NCBI GenBank assembly: GCA_038496445.1
Contig: JALMLS010000305.1
Location: 1-64,000 of the forward strand
Length of the DNA: 64,000 nt
Source: Trichosphaerium sp. ATCC 40318
Taxonomy: Eukaryota > Protista > Tubulinea
Direction of reading: 5' to 3'
The notes below the pieces were generated by a model. It worked only from the letters and a program-made list of their open reading frames with translations. It ran no database searches and was not told where the DNA came from. The translations under genes and the position numbers were made by a program. Every line of letters starts with the position of its first letter. Within the stretch, counting starts at the first letter, position 1. Below are positions 11,946-24,387 of the stretch, in pieces.

Positions 11946-14900
11946 CTAACTATCATCACTACCAGAACTATCTGAAGAAAAGTCATCATCGTCATCTGCT
12001 GGCTCAAAATCTGAGTCTTCTTCTTTTTCATACATAGTCCTCCTTGATACAATACCTCTTGTTATTAATTCTACATCCCCACTCTCTGGTGTGTGGTAAC
12101 CACGGTCGCTTCCTGCTTCCACATCACGTTTGGGTGTACCAGCAGCTAATACATAACGTTAAATCATCACAAAAGAGCAAAGAATTCAAATTGTTTGCAA
12201 AGACATACACAGAACTTCAGAGTGCAACACAAATAGTTTGCGGTTTGATTTGTATGGTACAACTTGGGTGTCTGCCTGCACTTCGACTTGAAATCTCTTT
12301 GTAGGCGGCTTCAAATATTTTTGTAGGTACACATTCTTCAACTTGATTTTGCAGTTTGGAATATTATGAGGTAGATCCGCCTACATTATTTGGTTTGTTA
12401 GAAGTGCAAACTTTGAATGCAAGTATGTACCAATACACCATATTTATGTATACGAGCATAACGCCTTCTAATCCAAATATAAAATAGGACTGTTAACACC
12501 ATGCAGGTAATTACAATGGCACCATAAGGGAACTACGCAGAAGTGTCAGGAACAAAAAAGCTAATTGGTTTTTGGGTTTTTTGGGAGGCGTACACTGTTA
12601 GCTGCAAATACGCCAATGAGCGTTAGCTGATACATTATCAAACCAACAATAATTAAAGTCCAAGCTGTCAAAAATTGTGCACCACCACCTGTAAAAACGC
12701 AAAATATTAGGATCGGAACATATTGCCTTTCTTTTTTGTAGCAGAACAACATACCTTCGAATGGTTGCTTCATCGCCCACATAACATTGTATTTATCGGC
12801 CAATAATGAGAACACAAAGTACAACATGCCAAATGGTAGAATAAGTGGCGCCATTGTAGAGTACACCATAATGATGAGTAGCGTTGTAAGCGCATGAGCG
12901 TACCTGTAACAAGATCGTTAAAAAACCCAGAAAACCAAAAACACCACTTACTTTTCGGCATACTCAAAAGCGCCAGGAAACCAAATATCACGTTTTTCGC
13001 GCTTAGTCTTTGCTAGGAAATCCGTGATAACAGCGACAACTAAATCTATAGGTCTCCACAAATCAAGCGTTGGTGCAGCAATACCTAACCAAAAGTGTTT
13101 AGAGAAAGATAGCTGGGAAAAATAAGCTAACCTTCTACTATGATATAGTTTATGAAGAAGGTTGCTTGTTGAGGTAAGGACGATGCTAGTAATGTAATGA
13201 TTTGCTCAGGTCTACGTCGTATCTTCTCAATAACCTTGAGGATTGCACCAGCGATTGTTGATACCAGAAAGACATTGAATACAAGGAAAATGAAAAACTT
13301 GACCATCACGGATCTAACAAAAAGAGGTAACCATTAGCTCTGAATGATATCAAAATAAAAGGAAAAAGACAGTACGTTTCAGCTTCTGAGCGAGTAAATT
13401 GTTGTTGCATTTTTGTCAAAAAACGAAGTATAGGCACAAGGATAGCCATAAATACAATCAAAACAAGGGCAGGCAAGAAACCTAAGCAACGTTAGAGGCA
13501 ATAAATGGTCACAACTAAAAAGTGAGAGTGCCTTCTAAAAAGCCCTTAATAACTGCAGGCAGATCGGATTCTAACCACTCTAAACCACGTGTATTTGCTA
13601 GAGTCTCGAGATTTGATAATGTTTGTACAAAACCGACTGGTATTGTCCAAAAGAAGATGAGCAAGAAGCAAAGTCCGGCTACAATAAGAGATCTAAATAT
13701 TTGTGCATTTCTGGTTGTGTCCAAATGCATCCAAATGATGTCCCTAGTCGCAGGTTATTTATGGAACACAACAAAGGAAAGAATAAATAGTAGATTACTT
13801 CAGTTCTGGTGCACGGGTTACTTTCCAATCGCGATTGATTTCTGATTGAGAGCACTTTACAGCTTCTCCAATTGTCTAAATAATCAGTTACGCTTTTGGC
13901 CTGAAGAACGAAAGTCCACTTACATTTAATGTTGCGAATGCAACGCCCGTGTCTTTACAATACTTGTCCGCTTTGCCCATTTTCTTTATGAGTTTCTTGT
14001 CTGCTTTTTTTAACGCCTTGACATGGTGATCTGAAGTCATGTCAGCTTGCAAATTTTGATTACCAATATTTATAATAGTGTACCGATGGCATCTTTTCCA
14101 TCTGTAAGCTTCACAACATCTTTAACATTCTTAGCAATATCCTTTATCTTCTTTATGAGCTTAGGTCTTTCTCCGTGTTTGTTTTTAGCCCATATAGCTA
14201 AGTACTAAGCATGGTAAGGAGTAATTACTTGGCTCGTGCAGCACGCACTTTCTCGATTTCTTCGACTTCTCCTATGCGATGCTGGTGTGCATCACGCAAT
14301 TTATTAAGCTCTTGAACACGGTGGACCTCAATGACTCTATTATTGTACAGCGGGTTCAGGTAATCCATGATCTCTTGATCTGTGAAACTGGGGATATCTT
14401 TGGAACCTAAGTTCAATGGTAAGGGTTTACTTATTTATCATAGCAAGGTGGACAATAATACGTACCGAGTAGATTAGAGAATGTAGTGAGACCTTTTCCA
14501 CCAAGTGCTGCAACGTTGGAAAGACCAGTTGGAGACTTTGAACTTGCTCTATCCATTACACTTGTGCCGCGCTTTTTAGGGTAAAGAATCAGCAAGACGT
14601 GTTTAAGACAATCCAAGTGCGCACCTTTGCCACGTTTTTCATACCCTTTGCTGTAAAATCTGTCACCTTGTCCATACCTGGCAAAAGTGCGAGAGCTTTT
14701 AACGGATCAATTGGTATATCTCGTATCATGACAGTGTAATTTTCAGCGAAATGTTCCTGTCCCAAGTAATGGAATCGCTTGTGCAAGAAGTTTTCATAGA
14801 ACGCTTTTAAAACCCATAATGTCACGAAAGTGTTGTATATCACACCCACCATATGGAACCACAAGAAATTGGAGCCGTTTGGAATATTTGCCATGGTAAT

Positions 14901-17199
14901 CTCATCAATACCTTCGAAAATGAGTCAGTTGTTGATGAAGGACTTTCTTGCTTCTACTTACCTGTAACGAAGAACGCATTGTCTTCTGGTAAAGATGCGT
15001 TAGAGCCAGCGAATACTATAAATATAATTAGTTTGTTTGTTTCTTTTACCACTCATTTCTATTCTGTAGCGTACTGTTGACCATAATGAGTACTATACAG
15101 CCGTACACTGCATACAAAAATACAAGTTTGAGTGATGTTTGAAGGAATTTAATGTACACCCAGGCATCTAGCCCATGGTACTTGTAGATATCCTCATTAG
15201 AAACCTTAATCGTGGCAAATATCCATTGATACCAACCTGGTGGAGGGTGGTCTGGAAGTGGGGCACGCCTAGTCACGGTTGTTAATAATTTTAAAAAACA
15301 GCTAACGTCGTTACGCACTTTTTGTAGTACGGCTCCCAAATTGTGCAGTTAGCCTCGTAAAATTGTCTTAGGTAAGGAATCGTTTTTGAAATCACAAAGA
15401 GTCCAACAAACAGAAGAGCAAGACCAATGTTGATAAAGAAGGTTGTTACAATACCAACAACATCAGATGACACTAGCGCGCTCAAGTAAGATAAAACTAC
15501 CTCAAGACTATGTTCATACCTTCGAGCGGTGTGGCTCTAGAGTTCACAGATTGAACTCGAAAATTGTAGGTGTCCATAATGTAAGTAAAGTTATCTTCAG
15601 GATCGTCAACTATGCCAAGAGGCTGTCTGAATTCCTAGCCTTATGTTATTTCAAAAAAACACAAAAAGGTTTTTTTTGCTTTACGCTAGTACCTTGTCTC
15701 CTCCACCAACATCACCATAACCGCCACGTGTATCACCGTTTTTATCAAAAATTTGGATAACATTTTCAGTCAACAGTCTATCAGTGACATACAAAAACTG
15801 TTGGTCTTGGTTTGCGGTCAAATATACTGGAGACGTAAAAAATTCTCCAGATCCCAATGAACCAGATACATCAAGCTGTCCCACAGTTCTAATTATGGAT
15901 CCTATACAATTTTAGACCTTTGGGTGCAAACTAACCAATTTGTGCGTTTTAATGACTCATTAACAACAAATCATTCATATCAAAAATGAACGGAAGCTTT
16001 TACGCACCTGTGTTATTTGATATGTCCCAATACTGTAACCTTTGGCCACCTACGTCAACAGACACTACGAACGCTGACTCCTCTAAAAATGCAATGCCAA
16101 TTGGGTATTGCATTTGATCTGTCAAAACAGTCAAAATGGCGTAACAAAAAAAAATGGAAAAAAAAATACCACGTGCCTCTGCTAATGCCGTACTCTCCAA
16201 ACGCAAATTTAAATGATCCATCGCGCTCAAGCACCTGGATCCTGTTGTTTCCAGTATCGGATACGAACAAGTACGGTTGAGTCAAATCATTTGATGCCGC
16301 TATGCCCTGACGCATATTAAAAACGGTTTAACGAATGACAATGATCAGACGCTTTTATGGCGGTTGCTAAAACCCGAAAAGCTGCTAAATGTGCAAAAAA
16401 AGATTATAGTACCCTGGGGCTATTAAATTGTCGTGGACCACTGCCTAGCTCTCCAAACAGAGCTAATCTGGCGCCTGAGATTCATTTTAGCGAAAAAGAT
16501 CCAATACGACAGTGGAGTTTTTACACAAAGCCAAAATATAATCCAAATAAAATAATCACTGTAATAGTACCATTAATGCCAAGTGCCACGACGATGCGGT
16601 GATTAAACGTGTCACAGATATATATGGTGGACGTGGTGTTAGTGTACGTTGCTGCAATGCCAGAGGGGTGTTTAAATTCAAAGGAGCCACTACCGAGTTG
16701 TCCAAACGAGAACTTAAAACCACCTTTTGTGGTAGGTTGGTTAAAAAAAAAACAAACAAAAAAAAAAAACAGAGTTATGAGGTTTGATGACGCGTACCAG
16801 AAGTGTCAAAAACTTGTACGCGGTGATTGGTACTGTCAGTGATTGCAAGGCTGATCAAGACAGTTAATTTTGTGGTTTTTACATTAGTTTAAATGGCGCA
16901 AAACGGAAAAACGCATTGTAAAGACGTACAATGATATAGTATCGTTTGCTTCTTCGTCAAAGTCTCTGTAAAACGCGATTCCGGTGCTGCCCTCCGAAAA
17001 CGTTCCCGGTGTGTTGCCCTGCGAGCCAAAGTTTTCGTTGTGTTCGTAGTCCTGGGCTAAACGCCATTAGTGCTTTGAAATTTAACACACGAGTCTCTAC
17101 GGCGTGCTACCGCATACGCCGTGTTTAAGACTTACCTATTGCGTTGGGTAACCATAATAGCAAGCTGGCGATAAGAACAAGCCTGTACGTGCTATACAT
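11946..17199 (-). CDS. OSCA/TMEM63 (CSC1/RSN1-type) mechanosensitive channel with N-terminal signal peptide and six NHL repeats; multi-exon
   Basis: Channel motifs MANIPNGSNFLWFH, NYTVMIRDIP, FFWTIPVGFVQTLSNL, LASSLPQQATFFINYI, YSTMAPLILPFG. NHL motifs HPSGIA..IYICDTFNHRI and LFVSDTGNNRIQV. The two parts join in frame across a 47-nt GT-AG intron at 15473-15519. Confidence 0.85.
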
Positions 17200-17543
17200 T
17201 GGGTAGTGATCACGCACTTGTTGGGAACACCGTAAGTGCTTTATGTAGCCTTTCTCACAGTGCCACTATCAAAATTATAATCGAATAATTTGAAAACTAA
17301 TCGGCAAACTTAACTGGAACGGTACGAACTCCGACAAACATGTTCTGTGTTATTATAAACGTTATTGAGCATGCTAAGACGTTGGTTGGTGATGGTACAT
17401 TTTCTCGTACACTTTGCCTAATTGGTTTTATCTTGTGGGTGTATTCTTAGACTGTACGCTAAAATCATATAGGCGTATACGAGAAATACGAATAACAGAA
17501 TGATATAAAACTTAGAAAAAAAAGAACTGTACAGTGATTCAAC

Positions 17544-18363
17544 TCATAAAGTAAACAGTACAATAGCAGTGTATGCCAAAGAACTAAAATAATAGGCTAT
17601 TATCTACTGAAAAGGGTTTGATTGAGGAGAAACAGCTTCGTCGCTTGGAATTGTATTAGGTACAACTTAACTTGTCCTCAGTTTAAACTCTGCGTATGCA
17701 TCGAGTTCTACCAGTAGCGTATACAGGCGGAGACGTTGTTGGTGGAGCTGTGCTTGGCGAGGCTGTTGGCATTTCGTATGCAAAAACAAAAGATATTGTG
17801 CGTGGAGTTTGTACAAATTGTTGTTCCATTGTGAATCTTTGTTGTTTTGTAAGCTAGTGCATAAGAAAGAAAACATACGTGAATGAATTTGAAGTAAAAG
17901 AGACGTCTGTAGGTATTATGCCAGCATTTGTTGATACAAAGTAAAACCCTAGTGTAAACAATAAGTCGAGGTTATCTTTTTTTTACACTTAAAAACGTGA
18001 GCACCTGTTACAACATCTTCATCCATAGTGCATGTCATTACTTGAGGAGGGAAGCCAGCCGGTGCTCTTCCTACCTCTAGCAAATACTCAAAAGTTGTAG
18101 AGTCAATATCTACCCTGTGTATAGAAAAGCCAGAGGTATCAGTCTCATACTCGACCAGTGGATCATCCAGGTCACTCAAAACAAATCTGGCATCACGTGA
18201 AGTTCGCAGTAAATTAAAGTCATTTTGCAGCCTTATTAATTGGCATGAGCCAGCGTCTCCAATACCTACAGCCGCATTAAACTTGTGTTAGTTCGCTTTA
18301 CTATTTACCTAAAGATGCCACCGTAGCCACAAGAAAAACATAATTTACAAATAGAACCTTCAT
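17544..18363 (-). CDS. Secreted/surface hypothetical protein with Pro/Ser/Thr-rich stalk and hydrophobic C-terminus (possibly GPI-anchored)
   Basis: Signal-like MKVLFVNYVFLVATVASL; PTASPSTAPPTTSPP; ends SLAYTAIVLFTL* if a 24-nt intron (17584-17607) is removed. Confidence 0.55.
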
Positions 18364-18837
18364 CTGCTTAGAACACAACATAGTCAAGAGATGTTTACAA
18401 TGTTGGAATAGTACGTTTTATTTTCGGCCGAAACTAATTAGCGGGACAAAGACCACAAAAAATAGCCATATTTCGCATAAACAAAACTTTTTAAAGGAAA
18501 ACTAAACATGTACTACAAACTTAGCGCTAAGTTCACAAACCACCTTATAAGCGCTATAAGGACAAACTCTGTACTTTGTTGCCAACTAAAAATGCAACAG
18601 CACGATTTTTCACGATTTTGTTCCGTGAATCCATCCGAACTTGTAAAGCACACGTCACGTTTATGTTTTCATCAAGTGATTATGTAGTTCGCGTATCCAA
18701 ATGAATAGTTGGGCACAAACTTGAAAAAAGTGGTTAGAAATAACGTTTGTTTTTGTTAGCACACGTGATCGCTAAAGGTTAGCTGAAATCTTTTGCGGCA
18801 CAAAATAAACGTAGATTCGGGCTGTCCACTCATTTAT

Positions 18838-21260
18838 TTACATTGTGTACGAATCATCAACCTGCTGTTGTATATCTACCAATGGTACATCATCACGGAC
18901 AAGAGACCGAACTTTTCGGAACAAGTCATCATAAATTACGGCAGAGCAAATGTGGTGGACTTCATTGCCAGGAAGTGATTTGTTCAAGTTCTGAACATCC
19001 TCAAGTCCTTCCTTATTATCGAGCAATGCACAGCACCGAGTATGCTTTACCAAACTGGCATCCATGAGCATCTTTATAGTGTTTACTGTATCAACTGTAG
19101 AATCGTGGTAAACAAGTCTAGGTAACTCTCGTTCCTGGTGTATGTAAGTATATCACTGGTGTATTAACAGAACATTAACATACCTCGTTAAGCGGTACTT
19201 GACCTAATTCTATAATATTGAAGCCATGAGAATCCAAAAGCTTCTTTATCGTCCCTGACATGATATTTAAAACAAAAACAAAGTTACAAAAACACGAACC
19301 AAAATATCTCTTATTTGTGGTGTCGAAAACAATGTTCTTATGTCCTCTAGCATCTGCTCCATAGTATCTATACACATCAATATTTTATTGCTACCACACT
19401 ATTAAAAAAAAAGACATACTCTTTAGCCCAGCTTAGAATGGAATGTATCAAAGGTTTCTTGGCATCAATGAGGATGTCAACTTCTTTTCTAATACTCAAA
19501 AAATCCTTCAAAGTGAATCTATGACCGCCTCCCATAACCTATACCAATAAATCCATCGACCACATCCTTAAAAACGAAATACGTACGAGTGGCGCAGCAG
19601 TATCAGCCTGGAATAAAAATCAAAGTCAGCCAAAAAAAGTAATTGACAATAGTACAACTTGTAACGCACCAGTAACACGCGTATAACATCAACATCCTCA
19701 AATGCAGGAGTTTTATTTTGTCTTACCATATCTCTAATTATCCTGAAACCCTTTCCAACAACGTCAGAATTGCCGAAAGAGGAATAACTAAATGTTATCA
19801 AATACAGTACCTGGGATGCCTCTTGAAGTGAGAGATCATTTGAATGTTCCTCAGCAAGAGCAAGTGCCTACAAACTATAGTTAGCAACATCACACTGCCT
19901 CAATTCAGAATAACATACCTCTTCACCAACACTACTATCACCTTCTACGATAAGGTGCTTCTTGCCACCTATTGCACGTCAATAACCAAGCACCATAATA
20001 AAACGCACTCTTAGATTTGATAAACCATTTTGGATCAATTTTGAAACCATCCCACTACGCATAACATTAAAAAAATCTGTGAACCTATCAAGCTAGTTTT
20101 ACGTGTTCTGTGTGACCATACTCATTTCGCGGAACAGCCCAAAATACAGGTATAGTACCATCTATACGATTGTTAGCTTATCACACTTCAAAATAAAATA
20201 ATATGACTTACCACGTGATAAAAGGTTGATAGTTTTACGCCATAGTGAAGGTTCAACAACCACAGGAATAATATGTTCACCATCTCTGTCAATTGACATG
20301 AGTGTGACATCACTAGTCTCACCAGCAAAACGAATGACACGTTCCTAGGTACCACTTAACTTACCATTTCATCAAAAAGGAACTTACGGATATTGTATTC
20401 TTAAGGAACGGTTCATTACCAGTGTATAAGCTATCTGCATAACGTTGTGAAGCCTGTGTACCTTGGCTAACGAGATTGAAAATTTGCGCAATGCCTACAA
20501 GGTGTTTGTAACAATACAACTAATTACAACATACCCACAAATCCAGCTATAATACTGCGGAGAGTGAATGCCCCTTGTATCTTAAGTATATCTTTGGCAA
20601 TATTTTTTGATGTAGGCTGTAATAAAGAGAAATGAGCACACGTGCTTATCAGTAATTTTTTGGTGCAAAGCTAAAATAGTTCATGTAGCGCTACAACGTA
20701 CAGTCATGTCACGTAGAAGTACTTTAGGGTCAAGACCAATACCCTTTGCTACAATATCAGCGGGTTTAGTGCCCCAGATAATTGATGGGAACACATTCTC
20801 TAGAAACCGACTGTTAGGTTAAAATATTACTTTCAACGCTCTTACCCCACGCGTATTTGACCATGAAGGCATTTCTACCGATAACAGGGTTTGACAGCAA
20901 ATAACCCTCATACATTCCTTGTTTGAATTAGTCGGAGTAACACTTTGTAGTAGCTTTATCTAACAAGTCGTTTCGTAAACGAGCTAGTTGACAAAAAAAC
21001 GTTCTTTTTTACGAAAAAGATACAAATTGTGCGTACCGGAGCCCATGACTACTGTAGCAGCGAGGGAGATGCCCGCCATATTCGATGGATCAAGCAAGAC
21101 GTTAGAAAAAGCGGAACGCGCGATTCTGCCGTAAACTTCAAGCCCGCACTCGAAATGAAGCCACTGTAGCGACTGTTGTGATGTCTTTGGCCATTCCGTA
21201 GATTTACTATCATCACGCGTGAGTACAATAGATAAATAAAACACTGTACGGTAATGCCAT
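18838..21260 (-). CDS. Multi-exon hypothetical protein, head-to-head with PEX2
   Basis: Many short exons with canonical junctions from MALP|KSTEWPK to VDDSYTM*; no family recognised. Confidence 0.65.
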
Positions 21261-21429
21261 TCTAGTGATGCAATAAATGTACCAAACCGTAACAATTAGC
21301 GGTTTGTAATTCAAACAAATTCCTGCGTTTTGTAAATACTCAGCGCTACACCAGTCTCAAGGCGTTTGCACGCCCACACCAGCTCAGAAATCAGTACAAA
21401 CGTCATTACAGCTCACGTATTTGCATGTG

Positions 21430-22600
21430 ATGGCGGACATTAGAGAAAAATGGGTCCAACATGGCAAAGACATAGCGCCAGTACTAGAAAATCACAAACG
21501 TGAGCTAAAGGCGTCATTACAAAAGCACGGTAAATTGCCGGATACCGCATTACGCGTAAACCAGCTAGACGCTGAGGTGCTGGATCATGAACTGACAGAC
21601 ATAATGAAACTGCAATTTAGTAAAATATTTTCCTTTTTTTCGGTACGTTGAGGCTGCTGTGCTACTCATACGCCATAAAAACGCTCAAAACATATTTAGC
21701 CCGAGCTTATAGAACGAATTGAGCCAGAACTTGATGCTATCCTACAACTCATCCTATTTCGATTCAGTGTTTGGAATCTGGGCCGTACATACGGGCAGCA
21801 ACTACAGAACTTAAAACTAGGCGGAATTACATGGCTTCACAAATTTGCGTACGCCTTTATATTCATAGGTGGCAGATACATCCACAAGCGATCAGAGCCT
21901 TACATACAACGCTGGGGCGCCAAACCAAACGTACTAAAAGCCTCCAAAACATTTTATTTTTTTGACACTTCAAATGAGTCCTTACCCTGTAACTCCTTAG
22001 GGTTCGCTCAAAAAAACCTTGTGGAAGCTTATAAATTTCTTGGAGACTTTCTACGAAGTCGCCACAGTGCTCAATTTTGTACTGTTTCTCGTGTCAGCCA
22101 AGTATCCTGTAGCACTTTTTTTTTAACTTATTTAATTTTTATTCTTCCTTAACACTACGCTGATATGTAAATGTTTTGTATAGATGCTTAGGTCTACGTT
22201 TAGTTTATTTAAGATCATCTGCAGCAAGACATGTCAATTTCGAATTCATGAATAGACAACTTGTGTGGAATGCATTTGCTGAATTTATGGTATTTGTAAT
22301 GCCAATGATTAGTGTTGGTAAGTACTTCTTTTTTTTTTTGCAGTGTCTTTTACCCTAATATGCCCTGTAGAGAAAGTTAGTGCACGCCTATCACGTGCAT
22401 TTTACCTTACACGTGTTGATTCTACAATACCTGATAATGTATGTGCTGTTTGCCAAGAGAAGCCAAGCTCACCTTTTGTATCAAACTGCAATCACACTTT
22501 CTGCTACTATTGTTTAAAAGAAGCGCGTATGATAGACCCAAAATTCACTTGTCCAAAGTGCGGACAACATATTGACTCCATGTCACGATGGCGTAAATAA
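21430..22600 (+). CDS. PEX2: Peroxin-2 (Pex2/Pex12 N-terminal domain plus RING finger)
   Basis: LRVNQLDAEVLDHEL, TYGQQLQNL, FEFMNRQLVWNAFAEF, and RING CAVC...CNHTFCYYC...CPKC. Confidence 0.93.
22102..22162 (+). other. U12-type intron with apparent GT-TG termini (in PEX2)
   Basis: Donor GTATCCT; branch site TTCCTTAAC at 22145-22153. Ending the intron at TG (22161-22162) gives K-YVNVLYR-CLG, the spacing seen in PEX2 homologues. Confidence 0.7.
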
Positions 22601-22833
22601 TATTTCAAAGAACGTATCTTTGTGGTAGCGAGTATGAAAAAAAAAGAAGCAATCAAAAACTTGTACATAAAATAAAAATTGTAAGTGTCAAAAAAAAGAA
22701 TAGTAGTGTCTCGAGCGCTCGATAGATTTTGGACGTACAAGGGGCACCTCTACAGCTTCTTTCGACGTGGGTATAAGACTTGAATTTGACTTTTTTGTCT
22801 AGCAGACTTATCCAAACGCAAAGACATTTCGCA

Positions 22834-24200
22834 ATGGCCAGTAAGGGTGGTAAAGGCGCAAAACCGTCGAAGAATAAGGCTGCTTGGGATGATGGCGAGC
22901 TAGTAACAGCGTTTGACAGAGCGGTCGATAAATACATTGCAGTACATAAAGGAAGACTACGTACGATTATTTAGCGCGTATAAAAAGCTAAATTCGTTTG
23001 CAGTGGAAGAAATTAGGGCTGAAGACGAAGCAATTGAGGTACGACGCGTGTTTCTAACATAAACTGTCGCTTAAACCCGTAACTGATAAAATAGAAGAAC
23101 CAATACGAAACACCAAAAGAGCTTGCTCCTTTTACGCCTGTAGAACCTGAAGAAGAAGCTGAGGTATCCAAAGAACCAACCAAGCAATCGCAAGGTGAAA
23201 ACAGCGATGTTAAATCGGTATGTCAAAGAACCAAGAGCTATGACACTTGGAATCGTTAGTTCAGAGTTTGTGTTTGGCTGACGTCTATTGTTAGCAAAAC
23301 AAAGGACAAAACGGATCAGCGAGGAAAAAACGGAAAAAGAAGACACAACAAGCAACAAGCAACGAAGAAGCCACACGGTACAAGAAACGCCAAAAAACGT
23401 TAGTGAGAAACGCATGACAACTCTGCTCCTTCTAAAATCCAATTTCTTTCAGTTTTTTTTTTATCACGTGATTAGTATTAAATATTACAAGTGCATACCC
23501 GATGCTCTGTTTCTCGAAGTGGCGGTTGTTAATTTTAGTTGTATTAGTGTAAATATATACCTGACTTTTGTATGTAGAGATGGTGCACCTACAAACGCTG
23601 AGGAGCAACAAGATAAAACACAAGCACCAGCTCAAGAATGGCCAACACAAGCTACTTCGGGAGGTCAGTATGATTACAATACTGCTCAAGCAAGCTGGGG
23701 TGCAGGCTACAACGGTCAAGCCTACCCGCAACCACCAGCGCAAGACTATAGTCAATACTATAATCAATGGTATGGCTATTCAAATCATCCATGGGGCCAA
23801 CAACCTGGTACATGGCAACAAGGACAGCCGCATCAGCCTCCACAGTCTGCTCCAACTACCCAAGATTCTTCCGATGACGAAGAGTACAAATACACTAGCA
23901 TATCTATTTTCAACTAACCCACCTAGGCTTCCTAATGCTCCTGCACAGCACAACGCCCCACCCAGTAATCAATACATGTACCCTCCACATCCACATCATC
24001 ATCCTCATCCACCTGCTCCACATGTACGTTACTAATGATAAGCACTTCATTCTTTGATTAATAAAATATAGATGGCACCTCCTATGCCTCCTCCAATGCC
24101 CACTCAGGATCCTGCACTCAAGAACCTCTTATTGTCTTTTTACTACTCTGGATACTATGCCGGACAATATAGCGTACAAAAGGGCAATGGAACATTCTAG
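22834..24200 (+). CDS. SMN: Survival motor neuron (SMN) homologue without a recognisable Tudor domain
   Basis: Gemin2-binding motif WDDGELVTAFDRAV; poly-Pro; YG-box LKNLLLSFYYSGYYAG near the C-terminus. Confidence 0.85.
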
Positions 24201-24387
24201 TATAAAATACGTGAAAAAAAAAAAACTTGTACAAAAATAAACAATACCACACAACACTCTGATGGTACGACCCACAACCTAACGCAGCAATCAAAGTTGC
24301 TACCAATCAGTATGTAAATTTGCTGTAAAATGACGTAATAGCCAAAGACTACGCTGTGACTTTCTTCTTTTTCAGCTCCCAACAACA

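Noticed and set aside
17584-17607. Stop-codon reassignment or readthrough (in-frame TAG before a hydrophobic tail)
   Set aside because: A 24-nt GT-AG intron removes the TAG, and conserved proteins here end at the expected TAA/TAG/TGA, so the code looks standard.
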